44,569 nt of DNA from Dimargaris cristalligena (lineage: Eukaryota): assembly GCA_003614675.1 (NCBI GenBank), contig ML002307.1:1-44569 (forward strand), read 5' to 3'. This document shows, one piece after another, positions 21,951 through 34,632 of the stretch; positions within the stretch are counted from its first letter, which is position 1; every line of letters begins with the position of its first letter. The notes beneath the pieces are model-generated. The model worked only from the letters and a program-made list of their open reading frames with translations. It searched no databases and was not told the origin of the DNA. Both the position numbers and the translations under genes were made by a program.

Positions 21951-23734
21951 CGCTTGTGCTATAGTCAGCGGTGGGGGTGCTCGGGGTTGTTGGTGCGTGG
22001 GGGATTACTAACTAGGGTGTGCGCGATAGGTGTGTGGTATTGAGGGGAGTAATAAACTGTCTATACTGTGGGGTCAGTCGATAAACAACGGTACTGGCGT
22101 AGCATAAACAACAGTAGGACTATGCGTGGTGCGTTTCGAGCAAGAAGAGGCCAGGTAAAAGAGACCTATTGGAGTTTGAAATAGAAGTAGATGGTGATAA
22201 TACAAATGGCTCAAAACTTAGGCTACGCCGGTAATAATCATTCTTAGCCGTTGCCTTTCTAAACAACAGAAACCTAAATTAAATATATTTACAAGACATT
22301 AGTGGGTCCAGCTGGCTATGATAGAGAGGTGAGAGGGAGATATAGTTGGGGATAACAAAAAAAGGGGAGGGCGAGAGGCAATATAGGAAGGAAACTTCAG
22401 GCGAGGGACGGCCGCCGGGAGTTTTTAAAGCCGCCTTCCTTGGAGAATACGCAGGATTTCCAATTAGCTCATCACAACTCATAGGCATGCTGAGTCCCCC
22501 CCCACACAGTAAAATAACAATAGCCGTAGGCCTTAAGGGGTCGGATGATTGTCACATCTCTCCCATCACTACTGATCTTACGTGAATAGACAGGCTGGAA
22601 TAATAGGGTTCCCGAACAATAGCCAATGGACTATACTATAGATACACCAGACCAAACTAAATAACCTCCGCGTAGGAGGATAAACAAAGGGTACTTTGAC
22701 TGGGAACGTCCCGCCACCTTGGCCAGATTTTAGACTAATTGGAAGCCCTCGCGTCTCGGTGGAATTGGCTACTGGCTGGACGTTTCCTCTGAACCTTCCC
22801 CATTTGACCATAACAGGTAGTATATTTGGTTTAAATCGGCTTTGATCGATTCATGTGCTTTGGAACGAGGCTTGGTCAATGGAAAGTTATTTTGATTCGG
22901 GGGAAATGCAATGCGGAAGGCTTCTGTGGGTTTCCGCCGCCTAATGAGTCGTGGCGAGGGTGTTGAGCTGGGCCGTCCCCAACGAGGACTACGGATGATG
23001 TCTTGGGTACTATACAGCTACTAGCTATATGTTTTTTAAATATGGAATATAATCAGCAATAGTATAAGGACAAGTGCCTTCCAAGCGTACTGACCTATTT
23101 TGAGCAGAGTGGAATTCACCAATGTCTGTGTATGTGTGGTGAAAAAGGGATGTCAGACTCTCGGTGGGATAAACAATCAGAATAGTACAATAGCGAAGTA
23201 ATTAGTGTGGTTTTCTCTTTTGGAAAAGCGAGTGTAGGTAAAGAAACCTCCAGGGGTGGGGGCATGGGCCACGGTAGCCCTGGGCGACCAACTAGGCTGA
23301 CAATTGGTTAATGGCCTGCCACAGAAACGGCTACGGATTAGTAGATTTAATCAGGGTATTAACCTGGCACCTGGGATAAAGTTATCTAGTGCTGGGCGAT
23401 TACTTGAACATAGTACCTGTTAGATTGGGCCATTGATGTATATAACAATCAGTCATTGGGGTGCATGGGTCACTGAGCACATACTATGATCAAAGAATGG
23501 TAGCTGCATGGCTTATCTTCGCCTTCTTTGTTGTAGGAGCACATTTGAAATACAGGGTGCAATTGTCAGGGGTTGGGGGGCTGTCACACGCGGGTGCCCT
23601 CTCACCCCCTTCAACCGTAATCGAAAGCCCCAAAAACTCTGCCCAGAACAGAATCACGTTGCGATTGGTCAAATCATAATTTATTAGAATTAACCTATTT
23701 GTAAATATGCAAATGATAATACACTCATAACAAT

Positions 23735-26538
23735 CTAGCTACTCCAGCCAATGGTAAATTTAGGCGATGTCCAGGTTATAAACGCATCAGTTGCGTTGGC
23801 GCTTCGGTTGGGACGCAACCAACGTGCTTGTATGGCATACGTTCCCGACGGCACCTTCACTGGATCCATGGTAACCGCATCGACTATAAACCCATCCCAC
23901 TGGAAGTAGTAGGGATCGGAGTTCGGGTCCCAGGACCGCCGGTAAAATGTATAATAGCCCAGATTCGCCAGCTGGTAAGTGACCGCCCCGGTGGAGGACG
24001 TTGCCGCAATGTAAATTAACACGAGATCGGAGTTAAAGATTTGGATGAAGCCAAAGTACGGAAGGTCCGTACCCACCATGGTGTAGGTTGGTTTCGCACC
24101 CAAACTCGGCCATTTGGTGGCCGGTCCCATAGTGGGGTAGCCGGGTGCCGTGGGAGGGGGCAAAATGGGAACCTTGTACAAATAGTCCTTCATGCCCATG
24201 AAAGGTAGCCAGCGGTCATACGATTTACCGCCAGTGACAAATTCATACTTCAAGTAGCCGCCGAACACCGTAAAGGAGTTACTGGCAATTTCCGTGGTGA
24301 GAATCTTCACTTGAAAGAGGTTGGCGGTTCTCGGATTAAGGGTTCCTTTTCCGCTCGAATTGACATACACAAGCTGCAGATACTTGTCAGTGATAGTGGG
24401 TTCCATAATAAGATTTTTGTCGGCGCTGTACGGAGATAATTGAATGGAGCGGTAATAGCTGCTTGTGAACGAGTAGCGAGCCGGGCCGATGTTCTTTAGG
24501 GTAACCGAGAAGGACTGGTAACCGGGGAGTACACCCTGGGTTTCCAAATCCCCCATTCGAGAGGTAATAGAGGTTCGGAGGCGCAGGTCATCAAAGATAC
24601 TGCCCATCGCAATGGCTCCCATGCCCTGGATGGCCGGTGTCAGGGACCGTGCGTAGCCGGCGTTAAACAGAATCTGGGCATGTTCGGAGATTAAGTCCAT
24701 GACACTGTTCCGATTCTCGCCCGGAAGATACTGTAAAATCAGGGCCACACATCCGGCTACGTAAGGGGAGGCCATTGAGGTGCCCGACATCACAGCATAG
24801 GTGCCCATATTGGTCGGCATGGTCGAATAGACGTAAGATCCGGGGGCCACCACGTTGGGTTTGAAGTCCAGGTTGACACCGGGGCCACGCGACGAATAGT
24901 AGGAGACGGTATTTTGGGCCGGGTTAGTCAGCACCATGAGCTGTTCGGTCGAGCTGATGCGGAAACTGGCATATTTGGTGATGAGCTCAACCAGTTTGGC
25001 GCCAGTAGTCTTGGTAACGCGCACGGAGGGGATGTTCACAGGACTGTCAAAACCCAAGGGGGTCAGGACATCATCGGTTGAGGAGTATACGATCATGCCT
25101 ACTGCTCCGGCCGCCTTGACGTTGGCCGCCTTGATACTAAACATGCAGTCGCCCTGGGCCACAAGTGCGATCTTACCCTTAAGATTGGTGGTCACCGCTG
25201 AACAGGCCGTCAAGGCGCCCGACGCCATCTTACCTCGGAGGACCTGGATATTCGTGAAGGAAAAGTTCATTGTGGAATCTTGTGGGGCCGACCGCATCAA
25301 TGGCCGGAGTCCGGTGGGGTTCGTCATAGAGATGCCGTACCCGTACTGGGTGGGCGCTTCGTAGCTCCCCACGGCGATCACGTCGGTGCCCGTGGCGGGG
25401 GAACCAGTCATCCAGAGGGAAAACTGGCCCTCGTTTCCCACAGCCGACACCACCACCACGCCCTTGCTCACCAGGAACTGACTATACGCCGCATCAATGT
25501 CGGTGGAGGCCCCCGACGGATTGGCAATCGAAATATTGATGATACGCATCCCATCATTGTAGGCCATTTGTAGGGCTTTCATAATAACGGCGCTGGTGGT
25601 GGAGTCGCTGCTATCGCTTGCGGTGACACAGCCGGTCACCCGGTAGATGCCCAGCGTGGCGTCTGGGGCAACCCCCTTGAATTGGCCCTGGTTGCCGGCG
25701 ACAATGCCCGCTACATGGGTGCCGTGGCCGTTGCATCGATCCAGGGGGTCCGAGTCGGGGACCGGCTCATTCATTCCTGTGAAGTCATCGCCCACTAAAT
25801 CATACCCGTACCGAACCCGGCAATTGGTGGTATTGAAACAGCTCCCAAAGGCCGGGTGAGTGTAATCCAACCCGCTATCCACGATACCGATTTTAATCCC
25901 CTTTCCCGTCAAACGATAGGCGGAGACCAGGGCGTTCACTCCCGTGTGGTCGTGGTTGATCTGGGGCAGGGCATTGTTGTTATTAGTGAGGGCCCGGGTT
26001 TGGTGATGCGACACCTTCTTCAAGACAAAAAGATTGTTTGTGTTGATGTGCTCCACCGAAGGAAAATTGCGGATCTTCGGTAGGTACGCCTCACCCACCC
26101 GGATATTCACACCCGCTACCACACAACTGTAATTCAAGGGTAGAGAGAAGGGAATATTGGACCGCCGCAGATCGTCAATGAACGCCTTTCGAGCGACAGC
26201 GGTCTTGGCTTCGCTATAGTCCGAAATGGGAAACTTGATAATAAACGAGTTACGAATCGCCTGCGCCTCAACTCGAACTAGAGTAAGGGCAATTATCCAC
26301 CCGACTAGCCAAAGGGCCAAGCGAGTGGAGCCTAAAGGAATCATCAACACATGCAATTTTATATATAAGAACGTCGCGAATTAATACAATACATTTGGGG
26401 GGGGTTATAAAAGTTATAAGTTACTGAACCATCGGCGCCGTCAACGTACAGTAGAGGAACAAGAACATGTCAGATAAATTGTCAATTTAGAGTAGAGTGG
26501 AATTGTTAATTACCTGAAGGGCGGCAGAGTGGGGTCAT
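23735..26538 (-). CDS. Secreted S8A subtilisin-like protease with PA domain and C-terminal Fn3/Ig-like domains (Vpr/C5a-peptidase-like, Pr1C type)
   Basis: Catalytic triad IGIVDSG, GHGTHVAG, SGTSMA; PA domain KGKIALVAQGDC..KAANVKAAGAVG; I9-like prodomain; signal peptide ending VEA. Preferred model joins 26538-26514 and 26331-23735 (873 aa). Unspliced alternative starts at ATG 26344 (869 aa). Confidence 0.93.
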
Positions 26539-26672
26539 TAGGTATATATTATAGATAATAATTAAAAAACAAGGAGACCGAAAAGAGCTATACCATTAAA
26601 AATGTTAACGAATAAGCTCTTAGCAATGGGTAGAAAAAACTATGTACCTTCTGAGGGAGGGGCTTCCTGGAT

Positions 26673-26680
26673 TATTTATA
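26673..26680 (-). promoter_or_regulatory. TATA box (TATAAATA) for the subtilisin gene
   Basis: About 135 nt upstream of the proposed ATG at 26538. Confidence 0.5.
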
Positions 26681-29600
26681 CACATACTTGACGCGGTTAT
26701 TTTAATCCCCAAAATTGGAGCGAGAAAGGTTGGGGCCGAATGATCCCTTCTGGAGCACTGTACCATTCCACGCTCTGGTAAGTTTCATTGTATCTATTGC
26801 CATCCACAGCGAGCTTGGTGGGGAACACTGGTGCACATTGGGTGTTATTTTTTTTGGATCATCTGGGGTGAAATCCTCCCTGCGAATAGAAATAATGGTG
26901 TCAATCCATCCCTGGCCGCCAAGTTCAGTAAACGCATAGATATAATCCCCTTTAGTTCCACCAGATTTGCTCCTTGTGGACTATTTGTAAAGCCACACTT
27001 CCCAGGGACAATATTTTTGCCAGGAATTGGCCGCGAACTTCCCCTATTGGGTCCATGGGGGCCAATCGCTCTGAACTATTTACCACACTACAGTGGATGC
27101 TTCCGTCTGGCAGTGTTTGAGCGTGTCGGTAGCAAGTAGGATGGTATAAAGAGAGCATCTAGTATTCTTCGATTGTAATCAGTGACGGCGACAATACCCA
27201 ATTTGGATTCGGCATCATTGCTGATCTTTGAATAGGAAAAAATGGACCAGGTCAATCATATAATGCTGCTGTCTGGTCTTGTACATGCTATAATCTAAAA
27301 CATACCTTCTTCTTGGTCGCTATACTCGGCCTTAAATGCGGCGAGAGGCAACCGCCTGCCGCTATTCATCGTAATAATTGTAAATAGGGCTACTTCTGTT
27401 TACTCATTTAAACATGCTCAAAAATGCTTTTACCACACAGCAAAGTCACACCCATCCTCGATGTATATTTAGTATTTAATAACAGCGTCAGAAATCTCTA
27501 GATGCGCCAGTTCTCATGGGCGGATTATTTAATGACGACCCAACTACGAACACCTAAAACCAATTATACTAAAATAGGCACTTAGGTTCACAGCACTTTC
27601 CTGACGATCCATGTAACTTTCGTAGTCAGTTTTTCCACCATACCATAAAACCCACACGGTATCCGATACATTGGCTACTGCTCCTATTCTATGCATAGTG
27701 TTTGTTGGAATACCCCACACCCATCCCGCTTGATCACTTTTACTTACCCCTACTATAATTGCGAGGCTCATAAGTCTTACTTGTCCAATTCACAGACTGT
27801 TTACCAACGTAGACGCATAGCCTAATTTGGGCTCAGCAACCCACAGGTTCACTAGTTGATTTCTTCATAACTCCGTGTAGGGTCTGCCTCCAGTTCAACA
27901 ATCAGTCGGGATTACTACACCCGGAATTAATCCCAATGGCGCTTATGTAACAACCGGCGACACATGTCTCCGATGTACTCATTACTTACTAGGCTCCCTA
28001 TAATATACCCTATATATACCACATATCTATAGTTTTAGTCCTTCGTGGTAAGTATTTAAAGGTAGAGTTCAGTGCATACCAGCATCATTAGGTATTGCTG
28101 TCCGAATCAGAAAAATATAATAGTCTGCTGCATCGAAAGCAATATGCTGGGCTAAATATATATAGTAGGCCTCTGGGACTCGGTAAGAGTTTGTGCATAC
28201 GACCAAACCAGGTATCATAGAATGTGAAAACGGTGAATGCTATATGTATGAAATGTTGGAAATCCATTCCTCCCGCCCCACAGATTCCATCAGTCTGATT
28301 GGTCCGCCCTATACTCGGGACTGTACTATATCTATGCTTATATCATCCTATACTCGGAACAACGTTTTTACCATCATTACTGCTATTTTCAACTCAATAA
28401 AACCAACCGCGGGTATCTAGCTCTGCCTCTTGTGGTTCTTTCTCTCTTCTTTAAATTCTTTAAGTTGCATTTGAAGGTACTTGTGTTACCATCGAATTTA
28501 TCATTCCAACATAAAAATGGTTAAACCAAGCTGTAAAACGAAAAACACATCAGATGAGGCAACCACTATGGGTTAAAAATTATTTCCTGTCCACATTTCC
28601 TATACATATGCCATTTAAAACCTTAGACAGCTGGGCCAAATTTCTCCCATATGTATTTTTTTGAATAACTACAGGTAGTATTTGTGTTTACCATTTGCAT
28701 TTATAGTTGTAAAATGGGCGTGGTAGATACCAATTTGTAGGATTGAAAAGTGCAGGAATCCGGAATGAAATGGGCAAAACCTGTGAGCCAAACTCAGCAT
28801 TTGAGGCGATAAATATAATTACGGATACCAATATAACCAGCGAGAATACTACCAGACTAATAATTATGTACATCGGCTTTAGAATAGGTAATTGCAACGC
28901 CCCGAATCCCGTAAACTCCAACTACACCGGCTTAATGTGCATCTAGCTAATGTTATTTATTAGCCTGGATTGACCACTTACCCATATGTCTAGTATATTT
29001 CTAGCAACATGTGCTTTTACTAAAATACCTCCACCGAATTGTGCAAATTGGGGGTGATTAACGGGTCTCGGATGCCATCGGTTGATTGTCACCCTTGTTC
29101 AAGTCAACTTTTTACAGACGAAGCCGCCCGGTAAATTAGGGTGATTTAATGAATACTGCCCGCTGAATATGTGACAATCATTTGTTATATTCCTGTAGTT
29201 AAGCTGCGGTCGGTTCGGGTATAGTTGGGAGAACGGCGGCGGCCTAGCACCAATCTAACGGGGAATCTGAATTATAGGCGTGGTAGGCAAACGTGCCTCG
29301 GTTGATCTTAAGATTGACTATAACAAATTGCCGACCCCGGCACCTAGATGAGGCGGACTGGACTATTTTTCCGATGGCTCTATTATCAACGCTGCCTTCT
29401 TGTATGGCCATCGTCGGCAGCTACTTACCCTTACAATTTTATCTAGAAGTGTAAGCGTTAGACGTAGGATGTTTGAAGAATTCTGAAATAGACTGAAAAT
29501 GAGACTATAATGGGGGCCTACCTGTTCCAATTGCTATAGCAACATATCCGTGCCTTCTGGGTTCACTCTCGTGGACCGTTATGACGCGGCTGAATCCTAT

Positions 29601-30130
29601 TTTACAAGATTAATCGTCCCATGGAGGGATAGCTCCATGTACCAAGAATAATATCGGGCGAAGTTGCCGCTAATCAACCGCCGTCTGGTATGCGGGGATC
29701 AACCAATAAATCAATGGTGTCCACTTTAAAGGACCTATTATTATACTATCCGCCTCGTTATTATCATTCCAATTATCAGAGCCTCCTCTCCAGTTTCTCC
29801 ACAATGTATTAAACCAAGCAAAATGCGAAGGGTCACTGGTGTAGATGATTGTCGATGGGCAAGGGTAGGACCAAATTAATTTAATCGGCATGGCCAAGGG
29901 TGTCTTGAAAATCTCTATTAAGACCTCATTAGAAATTGACCTACTATAGAGACAGGAGTTGAGAAATAACTCGTACGGAAGGTTATCGCACCCACTGCCC
30001 ATTGAATATACTGCCCTATGGCTATTTTCCTATCTTCCAGGTGACCCCCGCCCCCATCTCTTGAGGATTCTCGGGAGAGTATATTGAACATTTACGTGAT
30101 TGCTTAACCCAAGGCCCGTGAACCTGGGTC

Positions 30131-30140
30131 TATATAAATA
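30131..30140 (+). promoter_or_regulatory. TATA box (TATATAAATA) for the small secreted peptide gene
   Basis: About 180 nt upstream of ATG 30321, followed by a C/T-rich leader. Confidence 0.6.
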
Positions 30141-30320
30141 GCATCGTGAACTCCCCCCCCCCATTATATCCGACACCATTCAATCATTGCCTTCATTTAC
30201 TCCTTAACAGCTCACATTCACATCCTCTTCACCCTTCATCCCATACACTTGGTTACTAATACTGCCTTCTCCTATCAGTTTCCCTTATCTACTGGTCCAT
30301 TTCTTCTATTTTGTACTACC

Positions 30321-30560
30321 ATGTACTTTACCAAGTCTACCGTCGCCTTTTTCGCCTTGGCCAGTGTGGCCTGTATCCTGACCAATGTCAGTGCATCTTT
30401 GCCCCACGGCTTAGGAAGCGTCCGCCCCCAGGTTACTCACCTTCATCGCCGTACCGTCATAAGGCCCCGTGTTGGCAGTCCTGGGCTTAGTTCCCGCCCT
30501 GGCCTAGGCGGGCTATCCAACAAACCTACAGTAAAAACAACCATAACCGTTAGGAAATAA
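30321..30560 (+). CDS. 79-aa secreted prepropeptide: signal peptide, propeptide ending LHRR (Kex2-type site), 35-aa cationic mature peptide
   Basis: accATG context and TATA box. MYFTKSTVAFFALASVACILTNVSA is a typical signal peptide with a V-S-A cleavage site. Dibasic RR at residues 43-44. AATAAA at about 30659. Confidence 0.75.
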   Translation: MYFTKSTVAFFALASVACILTNVSASLPHGLGSVRPQVTHLHRRTVIRPRVGSPGLSSRPGLGGLSNKPTVKTTITVRK

Positions 30561-32347
30561 GTGCCCCCACTTACCGAAGCCATAAATCAGGCCACACTCG
30601 CCCCTACTTGAGGCACCAGTTTGTATTGATTACTATAGCCTACATCTATATCTAACTCAATAAAATTAGCTGTAAACATCTACTCATGCCACTAGTAAGT
30701 CTTTCATAATTATATTAAGTACCGCCAGGAAGACCTTTACTTTTATCCCCTATTTTATTATTCGTGCATTAATTGGCGTAGATTGACAATGCCTTTGGAA
30801 TTGCGGCCAAAACCATCACCCCCTTTCCAGAATTAATTTTTGGGGCTATTGTGTAGTGAAATTTGCAATACACACTTGGTGTGCAGAATCGTATGGACCA
30901 TTGCATCCATGCTTTTTTGTGCCGCAATACCCTTCCTATGGACACACCTGGTATTAGGATAAGCAATCAATTGACGTTCAGCCCACATTCAAAGAACTCC
31001 ACTGCACTGTAGTGTTCACTGGCTAAACTGGTAGTTGAATATTAGAGCTTGTTCACTGTACGCTTGGCTGCACTGCAGCTACACATAAGAGAGGTTCGAC
31101 TGGACTGAATAACGAATAATCCATTGAATACGGTGGATTTTACTAGCTAAACTCGAGCCTCTCGTCTACTTCCCCATGACATTATCATTTAGAGGCTTGC
31201 TCAGCCGGACCGGATTTCACCCATATCCAGGCGTTGGTCCAATTAGTCCCCGTATATTTCCTCGGATTGCTTTGTCTGAAGCAGTACGGTGATTTACGGG
31301 ACGGTCCCGACTCAAGCAGTAGCATTCGATGGGTTTTCCGACTACACGCCATTATTCTAAAGCCTGGATGGAAGCTGATAAACAACGACTCACCAAACTA
31401 CTTTCTCAGCGTGACTTTTCCCATCACTGCCCCCTTTATAAGTTGGGAAACGCCTCTCTTCTGTGCTCTGCATACGAGCAGCGGGTTGGTGTACAAGATT
31501 CTACTATTATTTTCAACGATTTAACTTATGTAATGTTCCAAGTATTGTGGCAGCCTATCAGTTGGTCACAGCTCGCCTACTTATACTTGTGATCTACAGG
31601 TGACACCGAATTATTTAGGGGTGTACTTGCGAGATCAATTGGCTCGGACCCCATTTTCCTTTTGACCTACTTTTCCTTCTTCACTTACCATATGGGAGAG
31701 GTTCAGCTGAGCTGTATAACAAAAAATCCGCTAGATGAAGCGAATATTACTGGTTAAAAATAAATTATCTATATATTATCCCATACACTTATCATTTAAA
31801 ACTTTATACAGTTGGGTCGAATTTCATCCATATATACTTGATGGACTGATTTATATCATGGAAACGCATTTTACCAGTATCCTCGTAATCCAGCAATCTG
31901 TGTCACCACTCAAACCAATAGGCACTGAGGCGGGCTACTCTAAAAGGAGATTGCTTCTTTGCCTGTACGCCCCGCATCTAACTGTGTGGAATACACGTCT
32001 GCCCCTTCGCATGAGCCATGGCGTCGCCCCTTGCAGCACCAAGCAGTATACACCATCCATCCCGTCCGAGCCCCTCCATGTATACTTGCCTTTGTTTTAA
32101 CCCTGACACTTTAATTGGGATTTACCTTGCCAATTTTTGGGTAAACCAAGTCCACAATTTGACAAAATCAATAGATACTAACTGGGGTCTTTTATATATT
32201 AAAAATGCATACAGCAACAAATTTATAGATAATAGATGTATATGTTTGCAGATGTGAAGGAATGAAAAAATAAAACATTCATATAAAAGTATAATATTAA
32301 TTACGCAAACCCACTAGTTTGCGGAATACTCATAGCAAAAGGTCTAA

Positions 32348-34078
32348 TTAAGCCCGAGGCGAAGATTCGGCGGCATCCTTCTGCACTTCGGATTCCTCAT
32401 TTTCACCGGTAATCTCCTCCAAAGTCCGGCCCTTAGTTTCGGGTAGCAGGAAAGTGAACACCAGACCGACGAGCATGAAAGCGGAGAGGATCTTGATAAT
32501 GTGGGGCACGAAGGCGTTCTTACCGCCGATATCCTTAAGCTGCGAGAAACCAGCCTGGGCCACGATGGCACCCAGTTTACCGGAAGCGGCCGAAATACCG
32601 TGACTGGTGGAACGGAACCGGGTGGGGAACACTTCACCGGGGTAGACGAACGTGGTGGCATTGGGACCGAAGTTCTGGAAGAACTGGGCCAGGGTAAAGA
32701 ACACAATGAACAGGGCCACGGAAGCGTCGAGGATGGGGTGGTAAGCGAAACCCAGAATAATGAAAATAACCACCAGGATGGAGAAACCCATGATCTGGAT
32801 GAATTTGCGACCTAACCGTTCAATCAAAAACACGGTGAACCAGTAACCGGGCACGGTACCCATTAAGTTGATGATGATATTACCGATACTAGCCTGGTGC
32901 AGATTTTCGTATGGGTTATCGGAGGAACTGTAGCCGATGGCATCCAGAATAACACCGTTGTTCAAGTTGATACCGTAAAAGGCAACGTCCAGACTGAACC
33001 AGCACACGGAACAGGCCACCAAGATCTTGAGGTTCGACCACTTGCGATAATGGGCCCGGAAATCGGACCAGTAGTTGGACATCTTGCTCTTAGCCTTGAC
33101 GGCGGGGGTATCGTCGACCATAGGGGAGACTTCGTCGGTCGTCAGCATGTCCTTCTCGGGATCGCCGTGGGCAGCCGAAGCCGAAATGACCTTCTTCATG
33201 TTGATCTCGTCGAGCTGCGCCTGGAGGGCCTTGGCCTGATCGATTTCGTAGCGAGGGGTTTCCTTCATGGTCAAACGGTAGTAGATGGTAATGATACCGG
33301 GAATGGCACCGATACCCAGGCATAAACGCCAGGCCAAATCGAGGTTGCGGATGTCATTGTTGATGGCGGACTTGAAAGCGACCACCATAATGGCGGACAC
33401 AATGGCCGAGGCCAGGATACCGAAACCCTGCATAGCGAACACAGCCGACATCATGGCACCACGGTGGCGGGTGGAGGAGTACTCGGAAGTGATAACTGCG
33501 GACAAGGGATAGTCACCACCGATACCGAACCCGACGATGAATCGCATAATGACCAAGGTAGTGAGCACGCTGAAACCGTGTACCGCACTGGCACTCAGGG
33601 CCGATCCGATGGTACCGATGATGATGATCATCAGTTCGATACCGTAGATGCGTTGACGACCGTAGTGGTCACCCAACCAACCGAAGACCAACTGGCCGAA
33701 CATAGTACCCACCTGAGTGGCCACTTTGACGCCCAAGTCCCAGTCCTTCGGCAAAGTCGATTCACCGTAGTACACGTAGGCCATCATACTCGAGGCTTGG
33801 TTGATAATGAATAGATCGTAGGCATCGGTGAAAAAACCGGAACCGGCAATCAAACAAGCCCGGATTTGGGTCCAGCCGAACTTGATGGTTTCGATTTCCT
33901 CCAAGCGGCGGGTGGCGTCATCCGCCCCGTAGGCGCGCTCGAGCTGATGGGGGTCCAGGGCACCCGAGGCACGGGGGGTGCTGATGCTGTCCTCCTCGGA
34001 GGGAACTTCCTTGAACCCAGAGCTGACATAGTGGTTTTCGCTGGGCGAGCCCAAAGTGGAGAGGGGTCTAGGTTCCAT
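32348..34078 (-). CDS. PHO84: High-affinity H+/phosphate symporter (MFS, PHS family), 576 aa
   Basis: AGSGFFTDAYDLF, FGWLGDHYGR..IYGIEL, GGDYPLSAVITSE, RGAMMSAVFAMQGFG, WFSLDVAFYG, QNFGPNATTF.YPGEVFPTRFRSTSHGISAASGKLG, PETKGRTLEE. Confidence 0.97.
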   Translation of the reverse strand: MEPRPLSTLGSPSENHYVSSGFKEVPSEEDSISTPRASGALDPHQLERAYGADDATRRLEEIETIKFGWTQIRACLIAGSGFFTDAYDLFIINQASSMMAYVYYGESTLPKDWDLGVKVATQVGTMFGQLVFGWLGDHYGRQRIYGIELMIIIIGTIGSALSASAVHGFSVLTTLVIMRFIVGFGIGGDYPLSAVITSEYSSTRHRGAMMSAVFAMQGFGILASAIVSAIMVVAFKSAINNDIRNLDLAWRLCLGIGAIPGIITIYYRLTMKETPRYEIDQAKALQAQLDEINMKKVISASAAHGDPEKDMLTTDEVSPMVDDTPAVKAKSKMSNYWSDFRAHYRKWSNLKILVACSVCWFSLDVAFYGINLNNGVILDAIGYSSSDNPYENLHQASIGNIIINLMGTVPGYWFTVFLIERLGRKFIQIMGFSILVVIFIILGFAYHPILDASVALFIVFFTLAQFFQNFGPNATTFVYPGEVFPTRFRSTSHGISAASGKLGAIVAQAGFSQLKDIGGKNAFVPHIIKILSAFMLVGLVFTFLLPETKGRTLEEITGENEESEVQKDAAESSPRA

Positions 34079-34625
34079 GGTTATAGGTGATAGTAATAAA
34101 TGGGTTAATTTGTACGGGCGCCGCTGGGTGAATAAGAGATGTGCAAAAAATGGTGTTTTTTTCAGTAGAAAACTGAGAGAGAGAGTAAAATCTGTGAAGT
34201 GTGTGGTGGCCTAAAAGTTACAGGGAAGGCACGATCAAGATTGCCAAAAATGAGCGAAGCCAGTGGGGAAAATGCAATGTCGCTAACAACGGACTATTAG
34301 CAAGGGAATACTTAAATTAAGTGCAAGTTGATAGTATATGGACAAAAGGTGTGTGACTGGGGGTTTGAAACTGTGGATTCAGTAAGAACACAGCTCGGTT
34401 AAATACTAAATCAGTCACCAAATGGGATATGCAAACACAAAAGGGGGGATATGGTAAAGAGAGTGGGGCACGGATAATAGTGTAGCACAGCCGATTACTA
34501 AGGACGGTGGTAACAAAGAGGTGGGGAGGGGAAATGGGGTGAAGTGAAATGGTGAGGCAGGAGTCGGGATCGTAGGGAAGAAGTCCTCTGAAGCAAGGAA
34601 TCCATTAGGAGGGAAAAGACCCGGG

Positions 34626-34632
34626 CTTTTAT
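34626..34632 (-). promoter_or_regulatory. Candidate TATA box (TATAAAA) for PHO84
   Basis: Followed by about 520 nt of pyrimidine-rich sequence with no ATG on the minus strand (about 34600-34079), consistent with a long 5' UTR. Confidence 0.45.

Noticed and set aside
29205..29280. tRNA D-loop-like TAGTTGGGAGAACG
   Set aside because: No paired D stem, no downstream GTTCRA T-loop and no acceptor stem.
27544..30002. Short ORFs in the subtilisin-peptide intergenic region, including the hydrophobic 28688-28921
   Set aside because: AT-rich, no family motifs, and I could not build a consistent exon chain. A decayed gene cannot be excluded without BLASTx.
31185..32257. Overlapping 66-121 aa ORFs downstream of PHO84
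   Set aside because: No recognisable domains and interrupted by stops; probably non-coding.
34283..34498. Possible 5' UTR intron in PHO84 (GCTAAT..TAG)
   Set aside because: Only weak donors (GTAATC, GTGACT) are present; not supportable without RNA data.
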